Positions 13,891 through 25,055 of a DNA stretch of 64,000 nucleotides are shown piece after piece. The position numbers and the translations under genes are program-made. Source of the DNA: Camelus ferus (lineage: Eukaryota). The stretch is from positions 92,878,001 to 92,942,000 of the forward strand of contig NC_045696.1 in the NCBI RefSeq assembly GCF_009834535.1, given 5' to 3'. The notes beneath the pieces are model-generated. The model saw only the letters and a program-made list of their open reading frames with translations, had not been told where the DNA came from and did not search any database. How positions within the stretch are numbered: position 1 is the first letter of the stretch; the number at the start of each line of letters is the position of its first letter.

Positions 13891-14059
13891 GAACTTGTCT
13901 TTGTTAGTACCTCATGAAACTGAAAGCCTGTGATTGCAGGGCCTCCTTAAAGGACTTTCTTCTCAAGTTTGGTGTTAATGATGAATGTCCTGTGAATATT
14001 CCGGGAAAGCAGTTTTTCTTTTGACAAAAACACAAGAGTTTTTCTTGACTTTTCTGCAA

Positions 14060-14189
14060 GTGGGTGAAGCAGACCTTTGAGGAAGCTGATAAGAATGGTG
14101 ATGGCTTATTGAACATTGAAGAGATACACCAACTGATGCATAAACTAAATGTCAATCTGCCGCGGAGAAAAGTCAGACAAATGTTTCAG
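14060..14189 (+). CDS. PLCH1: PLC-eta-1 coding exon, EF-hand 1 (WVKQTFEEADKNGDGLLNIEEIHQLMHKLNVNLPRRKVRQMFQ), 130 nt
   Basis: Canonical EF-hand loop DKNGDGLLNIEE; donor CAG|gtatgt at 14190; not called in the ORF track but translated by hand. Confidence 0.94.
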
Positions 14190-15159
14190 GTATGTTTTCC
14201 CATGGGGTTGTCTTTACATAATATACACATGGGAGGTGACTGATGTGCTGAGATATTTCAAAAGGCTATTTTGTCTTGTTGGAAGTTGATATTACCTGCT
14301 CTATGTTGTTCTCTTTTTCTTTGAAGAGAGAGAAATTGTATTCCCTCAAGGAAAAGAAATGCTTCCTAAACTTAACCTGCATCCACAATTTCACATACTA
14401 AAATGCTTTGATATTATCGCTGCTGTTTTCGGAGAGTAATTATAGGCACCTGACACTTAAATAATGGGGTAACTTGATCAGTTCCCCTATAGAGGGTGAT
14501 AATATTTCATCTGCTGATGTCACAGGCTGCTGTGAGGATCAGAATAAAGACAAAGTAACATGAAAAAATAGCCCTTGGCAAAATCCTCAAGAGCCCTCTC
14601 TTTTGTTTCAGAGGAGTTTAAGATTTAGAATCCATAAGGCTTAGAAGTGCTGTATCACTCCTACCATTTAGGAAGCTGTCCAGAAATTCACTCCACTGCT
14701 TGTTGGTGTTAGTTGAGACGCCCTTTCCCTGTGGGTAGGTCCTTGAGGAAAGTCCTTGGGCCCGAACTCACCTGCGGTGCCCAGTTGAGGCTGTATTTAC
14801 TCTTCCGTCCAAGGAGCAGAAGTGATTTCTGTTAAGTTGAATTTGGTGCAAAAATAATGTCATTGCTAGTAATTAACTGGAATATTAATTTAGGAAAGGC
14901 TCTTATTTGGAGAGAAGTCATATGCATAATCTATGTTTTGCAATGATTTTCTAAGTGACTAGGTAGGTGATATTTGTTTATGTGTAAAAATAAGTGTAGG
15001 GGTGGTATTTTATGATTAATGTTTTCGTGCTCCCTTTCTTTCCTTTTTTAAAAATGTTCATCTTTTTTTAGGGGGGTAGGTAATTGGTAATTAGGTTTAT
15101 TTATTTTTATTTTTTAAATTGTTTTGGCCATTTTAGGTCATTTGAATTTCCATATACAT

Positions 15160-15306
15160 TTTATTTATTTTATTTTTGGAGGGGGAGGTAATTAGGTGTG
15201 TGTATGTATGTATGTATGTATGTATCTTAATGGAGATACTGGTGATTGAACCCAGGACCCCACACATGCTATGCCTGTGCTCTGCCACTGAGTTTATACC
15301 CTCCCC
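15160..15306 (-). mobile_element. Vic-1-like tRNA-derived SINE
   Basis: Reverse complement of the 5032 element (attgaacccaggacc...ccactgagtttataccctcccc) with an internal (TGTA)n tract. Confidence 0.8.
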
Positions 15307-17869
15307 AAAAGAGATTTTGTTTCCTAGCTACATGCTCTCAGAGGTGGTAAGGGCAGAGACAACATGAGGTGTGAGTGGCAGCAATGAATGGAAGATGGAG
15401 GCTGGCGTGGATCTGTGACCTCTTACAGTCACGGATCCTGTGGTCCTGTCCTTGGAAGCTGGAGATGGTTGTACTGGGGGAAACATCAGTGCAAAGTCCC
15501 ATTGCACTGAGGAACAACATGAGGGAAAGGAAAGAAGAGGAAGGAATGAGATAGGCTGTGGAAGGAACCAGAGATGGAGTGAGGGACTCTGGAGGGGAAA
15601 TTAGTTGTCATACAAGGAGCGAACTGTCCTTAAACTGTATGGAGAGGTTGGCCATGTTCCCAGGCCTTCCTGGTGACATCTCACTTTTGTCCTGTTGTGG
15701 GGAGCCCTGCCTCCCCATCTGTTCCTTCCATAGGAGATGTTCATGGTATGGGGGAGATAGCTGCTTCTGAAGCCAGAGAGGCCAAACTTAAAGAGGAGGG
15801 CAAGGTCTATACCTACAGAAATGATGATTTGGGCAGTCCTTTTTGGAAGTAAGAAAGAAATAAAATAAGATATTGAACTGGTTTTACTTCTGTATTTTTT
15901 CCCTCTTCAGATACCTTTTATCTCTAAAGTATCAAGTATTTTAGAGGGCAAACCAGGAAATGTTTATGTCAAATGTCTTTGCAAGTCTTAAGTAAATGCT
16001 TTAGAGAAGTTTTAAGAAAACATTAAGATCTCTTTTTATGACTTTAGATTTAAAGCTTTAAAGATGTCTCAAGCGGGGCGTGACTGAAGAAGCAGCTGGG
16101 CCTTCTGTATGTGGGATATTTCTATCATAGGTCTTGCATGTGGCAGGGTTCTGTAAGTGCTCGGATGGGAACAAGGATCTTGGTAGTATTTTAAGGAACA
16201 TTTTCTTTCCTCCTTTTTAAAAAAAAATTTTTTTTGGACTGAATTGCTGGTGAAGACATTAAAGCCTTCCTAGAATTTTCTTTGCTTTTTTGTTGCAGTG
16301 CAAGATTCAACCGATTTTTTAGAAAAACAATCCTTTAAGGTATGGGTAGCTTCTTTTGAAGTCTTTGATGCTGTTGTTTAAACCTCAGAGCTTAACTGTT
16401 CTTAATTGTTGAGGCATTTCCAAGGAAGTCTTAAAAAATGTATCAGCTCTCTATCCAGGGTTAGATATTTTGAAACAAAGTTATGGCAGAAATATGAACC
16501 TTTGACCTAGTTCTTAGGGTGTGAGGATTCTACAACCAAGAGCCTCAAACACCAAAAATGTTGGCATTCTGTAGATCAGTCTATCTCTACCTTTAAAGTG
16601 ATGGGAGGCAAAGCAGTCAGCCTCACAAAGAAACTGTGTATGATTTAAACGTTGGTCAAAGTGTTGGCTCATAACTTACCCAAAGTTAGCAAAGCTTAAA
16701 AAAAATGTTTTATATGCTCTTTGACTTTCAAAACTTTGTTTAAAACCATATACCGTGTGACCACACGTCACAGAATCTATGCATTTCAAAAAGCCATTCA
16801 TTACTGGTCAGTTTTTGTTACAACTGTGTTCATTTAAAATAAAGAAGATCATGTAACTGGGTTGGTTGCTCATAGTTTATCCCCAATGGCTTTATGACAA
16901 ATTCAGCCAATCTGAAGGAAGGTACGTGGTGAAAGATTCTTGCTCAATAATTACTAGGAACAAATAATTCCAATTAGAAATCAGTCCAGATGAATTTTTC
17001 CGGTTTCCATGGAGGAAAAGCAGAGAGGTGGCCACGCTGCTGACGACTATCAGAGCAATGAGCTACCTGTGCCGAATTAAGAGAGACACTGGAGTAGATG
17101 AAAATAACATTTCATTGAATTGCAGTTCAGAAGCTGATGAGAGACTGCTATTTTCATCATGTGTTAAATGTGTTTTCTCTCTTTTGTTCATGGTTAGTCT
17201 TGTCCAAGATTTCTCTTTTTTTTTTAATGCTACTTCAAAAGCCCAGCTTTTGGTTTACAAGGCCAGTGATCTAACCCCTGAGCTATGGAGCCCTCGCCTC
17301 GATCAGCTTTTGGTTTAATCGCTCACCTTTGAGGTTATATCTGTTTGTTTTCTATTTCATTGTGTTCTCCTTTTGTTTATAATTTATTTCCCTCTGTTTT
17401 CTATAGCTTAACTTGTTTTTTTTCTAGCTTTTTGAGTTGAAGTATTAGCTTATCTGATTTTAATCTACCTTGCTTTTTAATAAATTGAAAACGTCAGTTT
17501 TCTCCCTAACTGCTTTAACTTCATCACACAAGTTTTAATAACTGGTGCATGTGTTTACTTACATATGTTTCATTTCCTATTTAGAAATGTGTCATATGTT
17601 TCCAGACACAGTTTTTTAAAGCTTTCATTATTGTTTCATTTACTGTGATCGGAGAAATTCCTTTTTGTCTGGTTGATTCTTTCTAATGTGAAACTTTTCT
17701 GTGGCCTCATCTGTAGTCATTAAGTTGATCCATGTGTGCTTGAAATGAAGGTGCTTACCATTTGTGAAAGGTGTATTACCTTTTTTATAGTAAATACTGT
17801 CTCCCACACAGCACTGAATTTCCTATTTCAAACTCTCACACCGCCTTGTTCTTCCTGTGCCTCTTTCAG

Positions 17870-18040
17870 GAAGCAGATACAGATGAGAATCAGGGGACTT
17901 TGACATTTGAAGAGTTCTGCGTTTTTTACAAAATGATGTCCTTGCGGCGGGACCTGTATTTGTTGCTCTTGAGCTACAGTGACAAGAAAGACCACCTAAC
18001 TGTGGAGGAACTGGCTCAGTTTTTGAAGGTGGAGCAAAAG
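17870..18040 (+). CDS. PLCH1: PLC-eta-1 coding exon, EF-hand region (EADTDENQGTLTFEEF...FLKVEQK), 171 nt
   Basis: ctctttcag| acceptor, AAG|gtatca donor, phase 0/0. Confidence 0.96.
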
Positions 18041-18403
18041 GTATCATTAGATTCTTAAACTGAATGTTTGCCGAAAACAACTTGTGAAAGATTCATGGGT
18101 TTCTCTCAGGGTTGGGTGTACGTCTACTTTAAATTTAGGATGGGGTAAGTGTCACAAGTCCACAAAAACCTTACCCAAGAGCTATTTAAAATGTGTTTCT
18201 GGTAGCTTTTAAGAGGGAGTGACAAATCAAACACTTAATACAATTTTTTCCCTTAAATATGCAGATGCATTTGCATATTTTTCCACAAAGTAATGAATAT
18301 TAACTCCAGTGTTTCCTTTCTGATAGAGTGGTAGTTTTTTTTCATACAACTAACATAGCTAGGTATTAATTACCTGTGACATAGTTCTTAACCATCAATA
18401 TAG

Positions 18404-19200
18404 TAACTCATGGCTACATCCCTTCCCCCACACCTTGCCCTGTGCAGCTCTTCCATTTGGCTGTTCCTGAGCTGTATACTTGATAATAAACCAGTAACAG
18501 TAAGTAAAGCGCTTTCCTGAGTTCTGTGAGTCATTCTAGTGGATCTTGGAAACTGACTCATGGAAATTGACAAAAGACTTTCTCCTTGACTAGGTGAACT
18601 CGAGGCAGGCTCTTTTGAGCCATTTTTTCTATGAGGTTCCATTCTTGGGCCTTGTCCTCAAGAGCCCAGTTGTAGCACGAACCCTAAGTCAGTTTAGCCA
18701 GAACCCCTCTCCTCCATATCTGATCACCCTCGATATCTGATAAGATTCCTCATCTACCACTATTCCCCAGGGCATATTTGATCTCCCTGGCCTGCATTCA
18801 GGAAGAATCCCATTAGGGTGGGTTGGCCAGAACCCCGTTTTACGCCTGATGCTTCCTCCACTGACCCCTACTTTGCTTCTTGACTAGAAATCTCCACTAT
18901 ACTGAGATCTCTTTCGTCTTTTGCAATAGTTACTGATTAAAATCTGTTTTTGCTGCTTTAACTACTGTCCAGTTCTGGTTTTTCCTTGATAGAATCTCCA
19001 AATTTGTAGGGGCCAGGCAGAAATGTGGGTAGCCTGAGCACTCATTTGTGGCTGGCGTATGAAGTGGGGGCATTCTGTGGGGCTGAGCTCTTAAGCAGTA
19101 GGGTCTAATGCTAACTCCACATGCTTAGTGTCCAAACTGAATGGCATGGTTGGGTACCCAGTTAGTGTTGGAGAATCAGAGATTTGGTGGTGTCACAAAA
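18404..19200 (+). mobile_element. Nested LTR relics: MER21-like LTR interrupted by a MER31-like LTR (about 18545-18990)
   Basis: caccttgccctgtgcagctcttccatttggctgttcctgag...aataaacc, then gtttagccagaacccc...ctgatcaccctcgatatctga; the first element resumes near 18990. Confidence 0.5.
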
Positions 19201-21581
19201 AAGACACTAGACCTGGTAATACTTTACCCCGTTACCAAATCACATACATTTTAGGAATAACAGATTCAGATTTTATAAAGTTCATTGTTACTTTCTTAAG
19301 GATTAAACCAGCTAGCGTTAGCAAAATGTTTTATCCAAATCAATTATTTTTAATTAGTTTGACAATTTGGCAAGTGCTGAGATTCTCCATTAACAAAGTT
19401 AGCTATAAGAGGTAGAAAATGGGAATGAGGTAATAGAAAGAAAAAAATTCTTTGTTTTTTCTTTTGCCCAGAGGATATGCCCCTTCTAAATCTCTATTCC
19501 CAGCTCCTGCAGTTATAACTACTTTGTTCTCATCAGAAGATCTCTTCAGGGTATAGTGGGAAGAATACTAGACCAGGCATCCACAAGACCTGCATTTCAC
19601 ACCCTGCAAGCCTCAGTGGTTGGAGAGTCTTGGGCAGGCCAGTCAGCATTGCTTCTGAACTTTGGTCTCCTGATCTGTACTAAAGGAAGCCGACATCTCC
19701 CTTTCTTATCTCATAATGTCAAATTGAAGACTGATGGGGATCATGAATGTGGAAACCCTTTGACAGAGAGATTCAAAAGCACAGCAATGTGAGAATTTAA
19801 AATTAAAATGTTTAAAGCTACTGACTCCAAATGTTATTTGGGCTGGTGGAGTTAACCCAGTCCATTTGAATAGCAGTAGTGGATGTCACTTGCTAAGGCA
19901 CATATGTTTCTTCCTCCTTTTGGTTATATTGACATTTAACCAGTAAATTTTAATTGAGGAAAACAAAAGCCAGTGTTCTGTGACATCTACCCCTGGCAGA
20001 TGATTACCTGTTTCTAGTTTAATTTTCTAAGTTAGCTTGAAACTAAGTATGGATATAACATGAAAGAAATTTTTTAAAAAGTATCATATCAAGAGGCATA
20101 AGCCATAAAGGAAAATACTAATCCTGAGACTTTAAGTTTCTTTGTGGTCCAGTGTATCAAACACCATAAAATTAACATCACATACAAACCAGGAAAATAT
20201 GCAGAAGAAAGAAATAGTGGATTTCCTTGAGGAAAGCATTCTCATAGGCTGTTGAGAAAAAAGAAAACCAATAGGAAAATGTGCAAAACATTTGAAATAT
20301 ATAAAACATTTCACAATAAGTCAGTAACCTATTAAAAATATTGATCCTTCATTGGTAATTTAAAAATGTGACATAAAACCAAGAGACCATTTGTCACCCA
20401 TGAAATTAGTGAAGGTTAAAGAGATATACTGTCAAACATGGTGTCAACTTTTTATACCTCTGGTGAAGTTGTGGAATGGTACAGTCTTCTGTAGGACAGT
20501 TTTAGTATTCATCAAATTTTATATAATTTATAAGACTTTGACCAATCCATTTTACTTCTAATAATTCATCCTAAGGAAATGTGTATAGAAAAAAGTTATA
20601 AAGCTGTACATTTCAAGCATTCTTTAAAATAGAGAAAAATTGGACATGATCTAAATGTGCAGCAGGAGGGTCATTAATCAAGTTTTGTGGGGTTTTGAGT
20701 TTCAAAATAGAATTTTCACAGTGGAACGAATCTGAGGCAACTTGACAATCCATATGGCAGTAATTCATTGATTTCTGATGGCATAAGATTGGTATAGACA
20801 CCAGAGTATTCAAATTCTGCAGATTTACTCAGTTGTGAAATGAAGTATCACTGCTGGCCACATATGCTGTCCAGGATTATTGGAATCAAATATTGGCCTG
20901 TGGGTCAGATTTTTATTTCATTGAAGCTCTTGGAAAACTGAATTTATGCCTTTGACAGGTCCAACTACTGCTTGATTAGGACTTTCATCCTTAAATGTGA
21001 TGTGCTAAGGGAAATTCTCACTGCCTTTTTATATCCATGAAGAAGTGCCAGTTAAGCATAAAGCCAGCTGGCTGAGGTTTCTCTTCCATCACTTCTTTGC
21101 ATCTGCAGATCAAGAGTACAGACATCCACGAAAACTAGTCTGTGGCTCCAAAGTACTAGGGTTGGTGGAGTTTCTTTGTTTCATTTTTTTGTCCCCTGTG
21201 TTTGCCAAAAGGCAACCTCCATCTCCTGCAGAATTCTGATCTGTTTCTTGGCACTGGGGCTAAATGTGTTTTGTATTTGATTCTTTTCAGAGTTTTGGTT
21301 CAGGAGTGAGAATTTGATTTCATTCCCTCATCCTCCTTGACAACCTTTCTTAGCAAGACTCTCCCCTGTTTTTATCCTTTTGTTTCTTGTGGATTGAGGA
21401 GGGAGGAAGAGAAGGCAGGAATATTGAAGCACCCTCATTGTTTGAAAATCCTTCTAGCTGTTAACCAAGAGCAAGGCCTCCCTCCATGGATAAGTCAAAA
21501 GCAGATTTCTATTTATGCAGTGCTTTCATCTGACATATGCATGTGGATGGTTTATTCCAAGGGAATTTTCAGAACTTTTCT

Positions 21582-21940
21582 TTTTTCTTTTCTTTTTTTT
21601 TTTAATTGACGTATAGTCAGTTACAATGTGTCAATTTCTGGTGTACAGTATAATGTTCCAGTTAGGTGTGTATATATATATATGTACATGTATATATATA
21701 TATATTTTCATATTCTTTTTCATAAAGGTTATTACAAGATGTCGAATATAGATCCCTGTGCTATACAGAAGAAATTTCTTTTGTATCTATTTTTTATATA
21801 TAGCGGTTAACTTTTGCAGATCTCAAACTCCCAAATTTATCCCTTCCTACCCCCTTTTCCCCAGTAGCCATAAGATTGTTTACTATGTCTGTGAGTCTGT
21901 TTCTGTCTTGTAGAGGAGTTCATTAGTTTCCTCTTTTTTC
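21582..21940 (-). mobile_element. 5'-truncated young L1 3' end with perfect 14-bp TSD
   Basis: TTCAGAACTTTTCT at 21568-21581 and 21941-21954 flank a poly(T) tract plus L1 3'UTR. Confidence 0.9.
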
Positions 21941-23029
21941 TTCAGAACTTTTCTGATCCCCTGTTAGAGGGCCCTCTTCTTACTGAACTTTCTGTGACAT
22001 AGACCTATACATTATCCCTTGGTGGTCGTTCTAACAGTTGCTTATTTTGCTTTTTTCTTTCTGCAAAAATATTCCCTTGATTCCTCTAACCCAATTACAG
22101 GTGTCACTTGTGCTCCCTCCTGTCATTACTTTTTACTGAATCCAGACTGATTTGGTGAGTCATGGTCATTCTGATCTCTCTCTCTTGAGAAATAATTATA
22201 AATTCTTCTTTGCTGTTACTACTTCATTCTGGTGCTAGTGTACCTTTATTTCTCTTTCTCTCCCTCTCTCAAGCATTCTCCTCATTGTAAAAACATTCCT
22301 TTAAGAGCCTTTCCTGAATTTGTTTTATTTTTCTTAATTATTCACAATTAAAGCAGTTGGGAGACTGTTGAGAGTAATTATGTCTTGTAATAATTTTTCT
22401 CCCTTGAATATGATCCCCAAATGACACTTTCTGTGAAATAGTCTTATATTTAAATGCTTTGAAATTTGTGGTTTAATTTTAGGGTGAGTCAGAGTAGCTA
22501 TTTGGGAGAGAGAGTTTTTGTGGTTGTCTTATTCAGTTGAAAACTGAATGACTGTTCATTTAGATGCTTCTCTACTCCCTCCTAAAATTATCCAAAAATA
22601 TAGTAAGAAGATCCCCTCACCCCCATAAAACCACAAGGACAAAGAGAACAGGAGAGGAAACAGAAACAGCAAAACCTTGAAATTTGTCTGATCTAAAGGT
22701 GACCCGAGCGCACTGAAACTCAAGCTCACAGAGCGGGAAACTGCTAAGCACGCTTATTTGCTCAGAAGAACCCAAGAAGACTCAAGGATGAAATTCACTG
22801 ATACTCCTGAAAAATAGGAAAGGAGCAGGGGTTGAAAACACACGCACTGGTTGGAAGTCTGACCAAGATACAGTTAGGGCTTCAGATCCTCTCCCTACCT
22901 CTTCTAGCAGGGCAGCTGTCCCTTCTCCACCCTGGCATGAAAGTAAGTGTTGGAGGAGGCCGGGGCAGAAGAATCTGTGCTAAGTCATGCCAGGCACAAC
23001 TGAGCAGTGGGCACTGAAAATCGGGGGAT

Positions 23030-23552
23030 TGTGGCAGATGGTTTATAAAGACGGCTGCAGTAACTCCCATGTCCCCGCATGTATGTCTCTTTGCAAGTGT
23101 GATTTGTGCCTCTCTTCCCGTTGAGAAGTGGGGTCTGTTTTTCGGCCCCTTGAATCTGGTCTGGCTTTGTAACTAGGTTTGACTAATAGATTGTGGCAGA
23201 ATTGACGGACAAGGAATGCAGGCTTCAGGGAGCCTTGGACTTCCACTCTTGTCCTGTTGGGACTGTGAGACTATCATGTGAGGAAACTGGGTAGCTTCTC
23301 TGAGGAGGAGAGACCACATAAAGAGGCCCAGCCACCAGCCAGCACCAACCACAGCCATGTGGGTGAGGCTGCTTTGGACTGGCTGGCTGTAGTCATGTGG
23401 CCAGCTGCCTGCAGTCACTTCAGTAACCCCTGGGCGAGAACAGCAGAATGCCCGTGCAGTGGGACTCAGTCCCACTTTGCATCCCAAGCAGTTGTGATCA
23501 AGTAAGTGATTGTTTTAAGTCCCTGTTCTCACAGAAATAGATAATGAATACA
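23030..23552 (+). mobile_element. MLT1 (F-like) MaLR solo LTR
   Basis: TG...CA ends (tgtggcag...ataatgaataca); typical MLT1 internal motifs. Confidence 0.7.
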
Positions 23553-23699
23553 AAGATTAAGTGAATATCTGTGTATTGAAGTGTGGGAACCATAGTCCTC
23601 TTCCAGTGTTCAAATCCTGGGTTTATCCCTTCCAGGTAGGACATCGGAAGAGTTTCCTTAGAGGAGTATCACAAAGTAGAGTGGATTGACTAGGAGCTT

Positions 23700-24138
23700 G
23701 GAAAGATACGCCCAAGTCCTAACTCCCAGGATCTGTAAATGTGACCTTACTTGAAAATAGGGTCTTTGCAGATGTAATTTAAGGATGTTGGGATGAAATA
23801 ATCCTATATTTCATGTGGACCCTAAGTCCAGTGAGGACTGTTCTTATAAACAACAGGAAAGGGGATGTGGGCACAGAGAGAAGGTGGCTGTGTGAAGAGG
23901 GGAGCAGGGACTGTAGTGGTGAAGCTCCATGCTGAGGGATGCCCAGGGTGCCAGCAGCCGCGAGAAGCAGGGGGCAGGGCTGGAACAGCTTGTCCCTCAG
24001 GGTCTCCGGAGGGAATCATCCCTTCTAACACCTTGATGTTGGACTTGGAGCCTTCAGGACTGAGAGGGAGTAAGTTTCTGTTGTTTTAAGCCCTGAATTT
24101 GTGATACTTTGTTATAGCAGTTCTAGGAAACTAACACA
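23700..24138 (+). mobile_element. MLT1 (B/C-like) MaLR LTR
   Basis: gtgaccttacttgaaaatagggtctttgcagatgtaatt...ttgttatagcagttctaggaaactaacaca. Confidence 0.8.
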
Positions 24139-24325
24139 CCAACCCAAGGAAAAAATCCTAAAGATGTTTACGTCAGAAATCGCCCAATCAAATAGTCCAG
24201 AGAATTCTACAGTGAAGTCCACTAGTCAGTAAGCTCCACTTGTGAACAGAGAGCTTCCAACCAACTTTTCATTGCCTTGGTTTTAAACATGTTTTTAAAT
24301 AGTCAATTTTAAAGATGGATTTTAT

Positions 24326-25055
24326 TCCTGCACTGTTGGTGGGAATGTAAATTGGTGCAGCCACTGTGGAGAACAGTGTGGAGGCTCCTTAAAGAACTAA
24401 AAATACTCTTACCATATGATCCAGCAATCCCACTCCTGGGTATGTATCCAGAGGAAACTCTAATTCAAAAAGATACATGCACCCCAGTGTTCATAGCGGC
24501 ATTATTTACAATAGCCAAGACATAGAAGCAACCTAAATGTCCATCGATTTATGACTGGATAAAGAAGATATAACATGTATATACAATGGAATACTACTCA
24601 GGCATAAAAACAATGAAATAATGCCATTTGCAGCAACATGGATGGACCTAAGAGATCGTCATTCTAGGTGAAGTAAGCCAGAAAGAGAAAGAAAAGTACC
24701 ATATTATATCACTAATATACAGAATCTAAAACAAAAAAAAAGAAGAAGACTACGAACTCATCTACAAAACAGAAAGAGACTCGCAGACAGAGTAAACAAT
24801 CTTATGGTTACTGGGGAAAGGGAGTGGAAAGGGATAAATTTGGGAGTTTGAGATTTTCAAATACTAGCCACTATATAATAATAGATTTAAAAAAAGGTTT
24901 CTTCTGTACAGCACAGGGAACTATATTCAATATCTTGTAATAACCTTTAATGAAAAAGAATATGAAAACTAATATATGTATGTATATGCATGACTGGGGC
25001 GTTGTGCTGTACATCAGAAATGACACATTGTAACCATGCTTCAATTAAAAAAAAA
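24326..25055 (+). mobile_element. L1 3' end (ORF2 C-terminus, 3'UTR, poly(A)), sense to PLCH1
   Basis: cactgttggtgggaatgtaaattggtgcagccac...gcagcaacatggatggaccta...caattaaaaaaaaa. Confidence 0.92.

Larger units (their letters stand above)
6236..14059 (+). other. PLCH1: U12-type (minor spliceosome) intron with AT-AA termini
   Basis: 5' ATATCCTCCC (U12 consensus RTATCCTTT); branch-like TTTTCTTGAC 14040-14049 with A 11 nt from the 3' end; ends tgcAA; junction CA|G TGG restores ...HDQWVKQ... Confidence 0.88.

Noticed and set aside
18041..18050. Donor GTATCATT resembling U12 GTATCCTT
   Set aside because: Mismatch at a critical position; the matching 3' end (27267) has an ordinary T-rich tract and no U12 branch motif, so it is treated as U2
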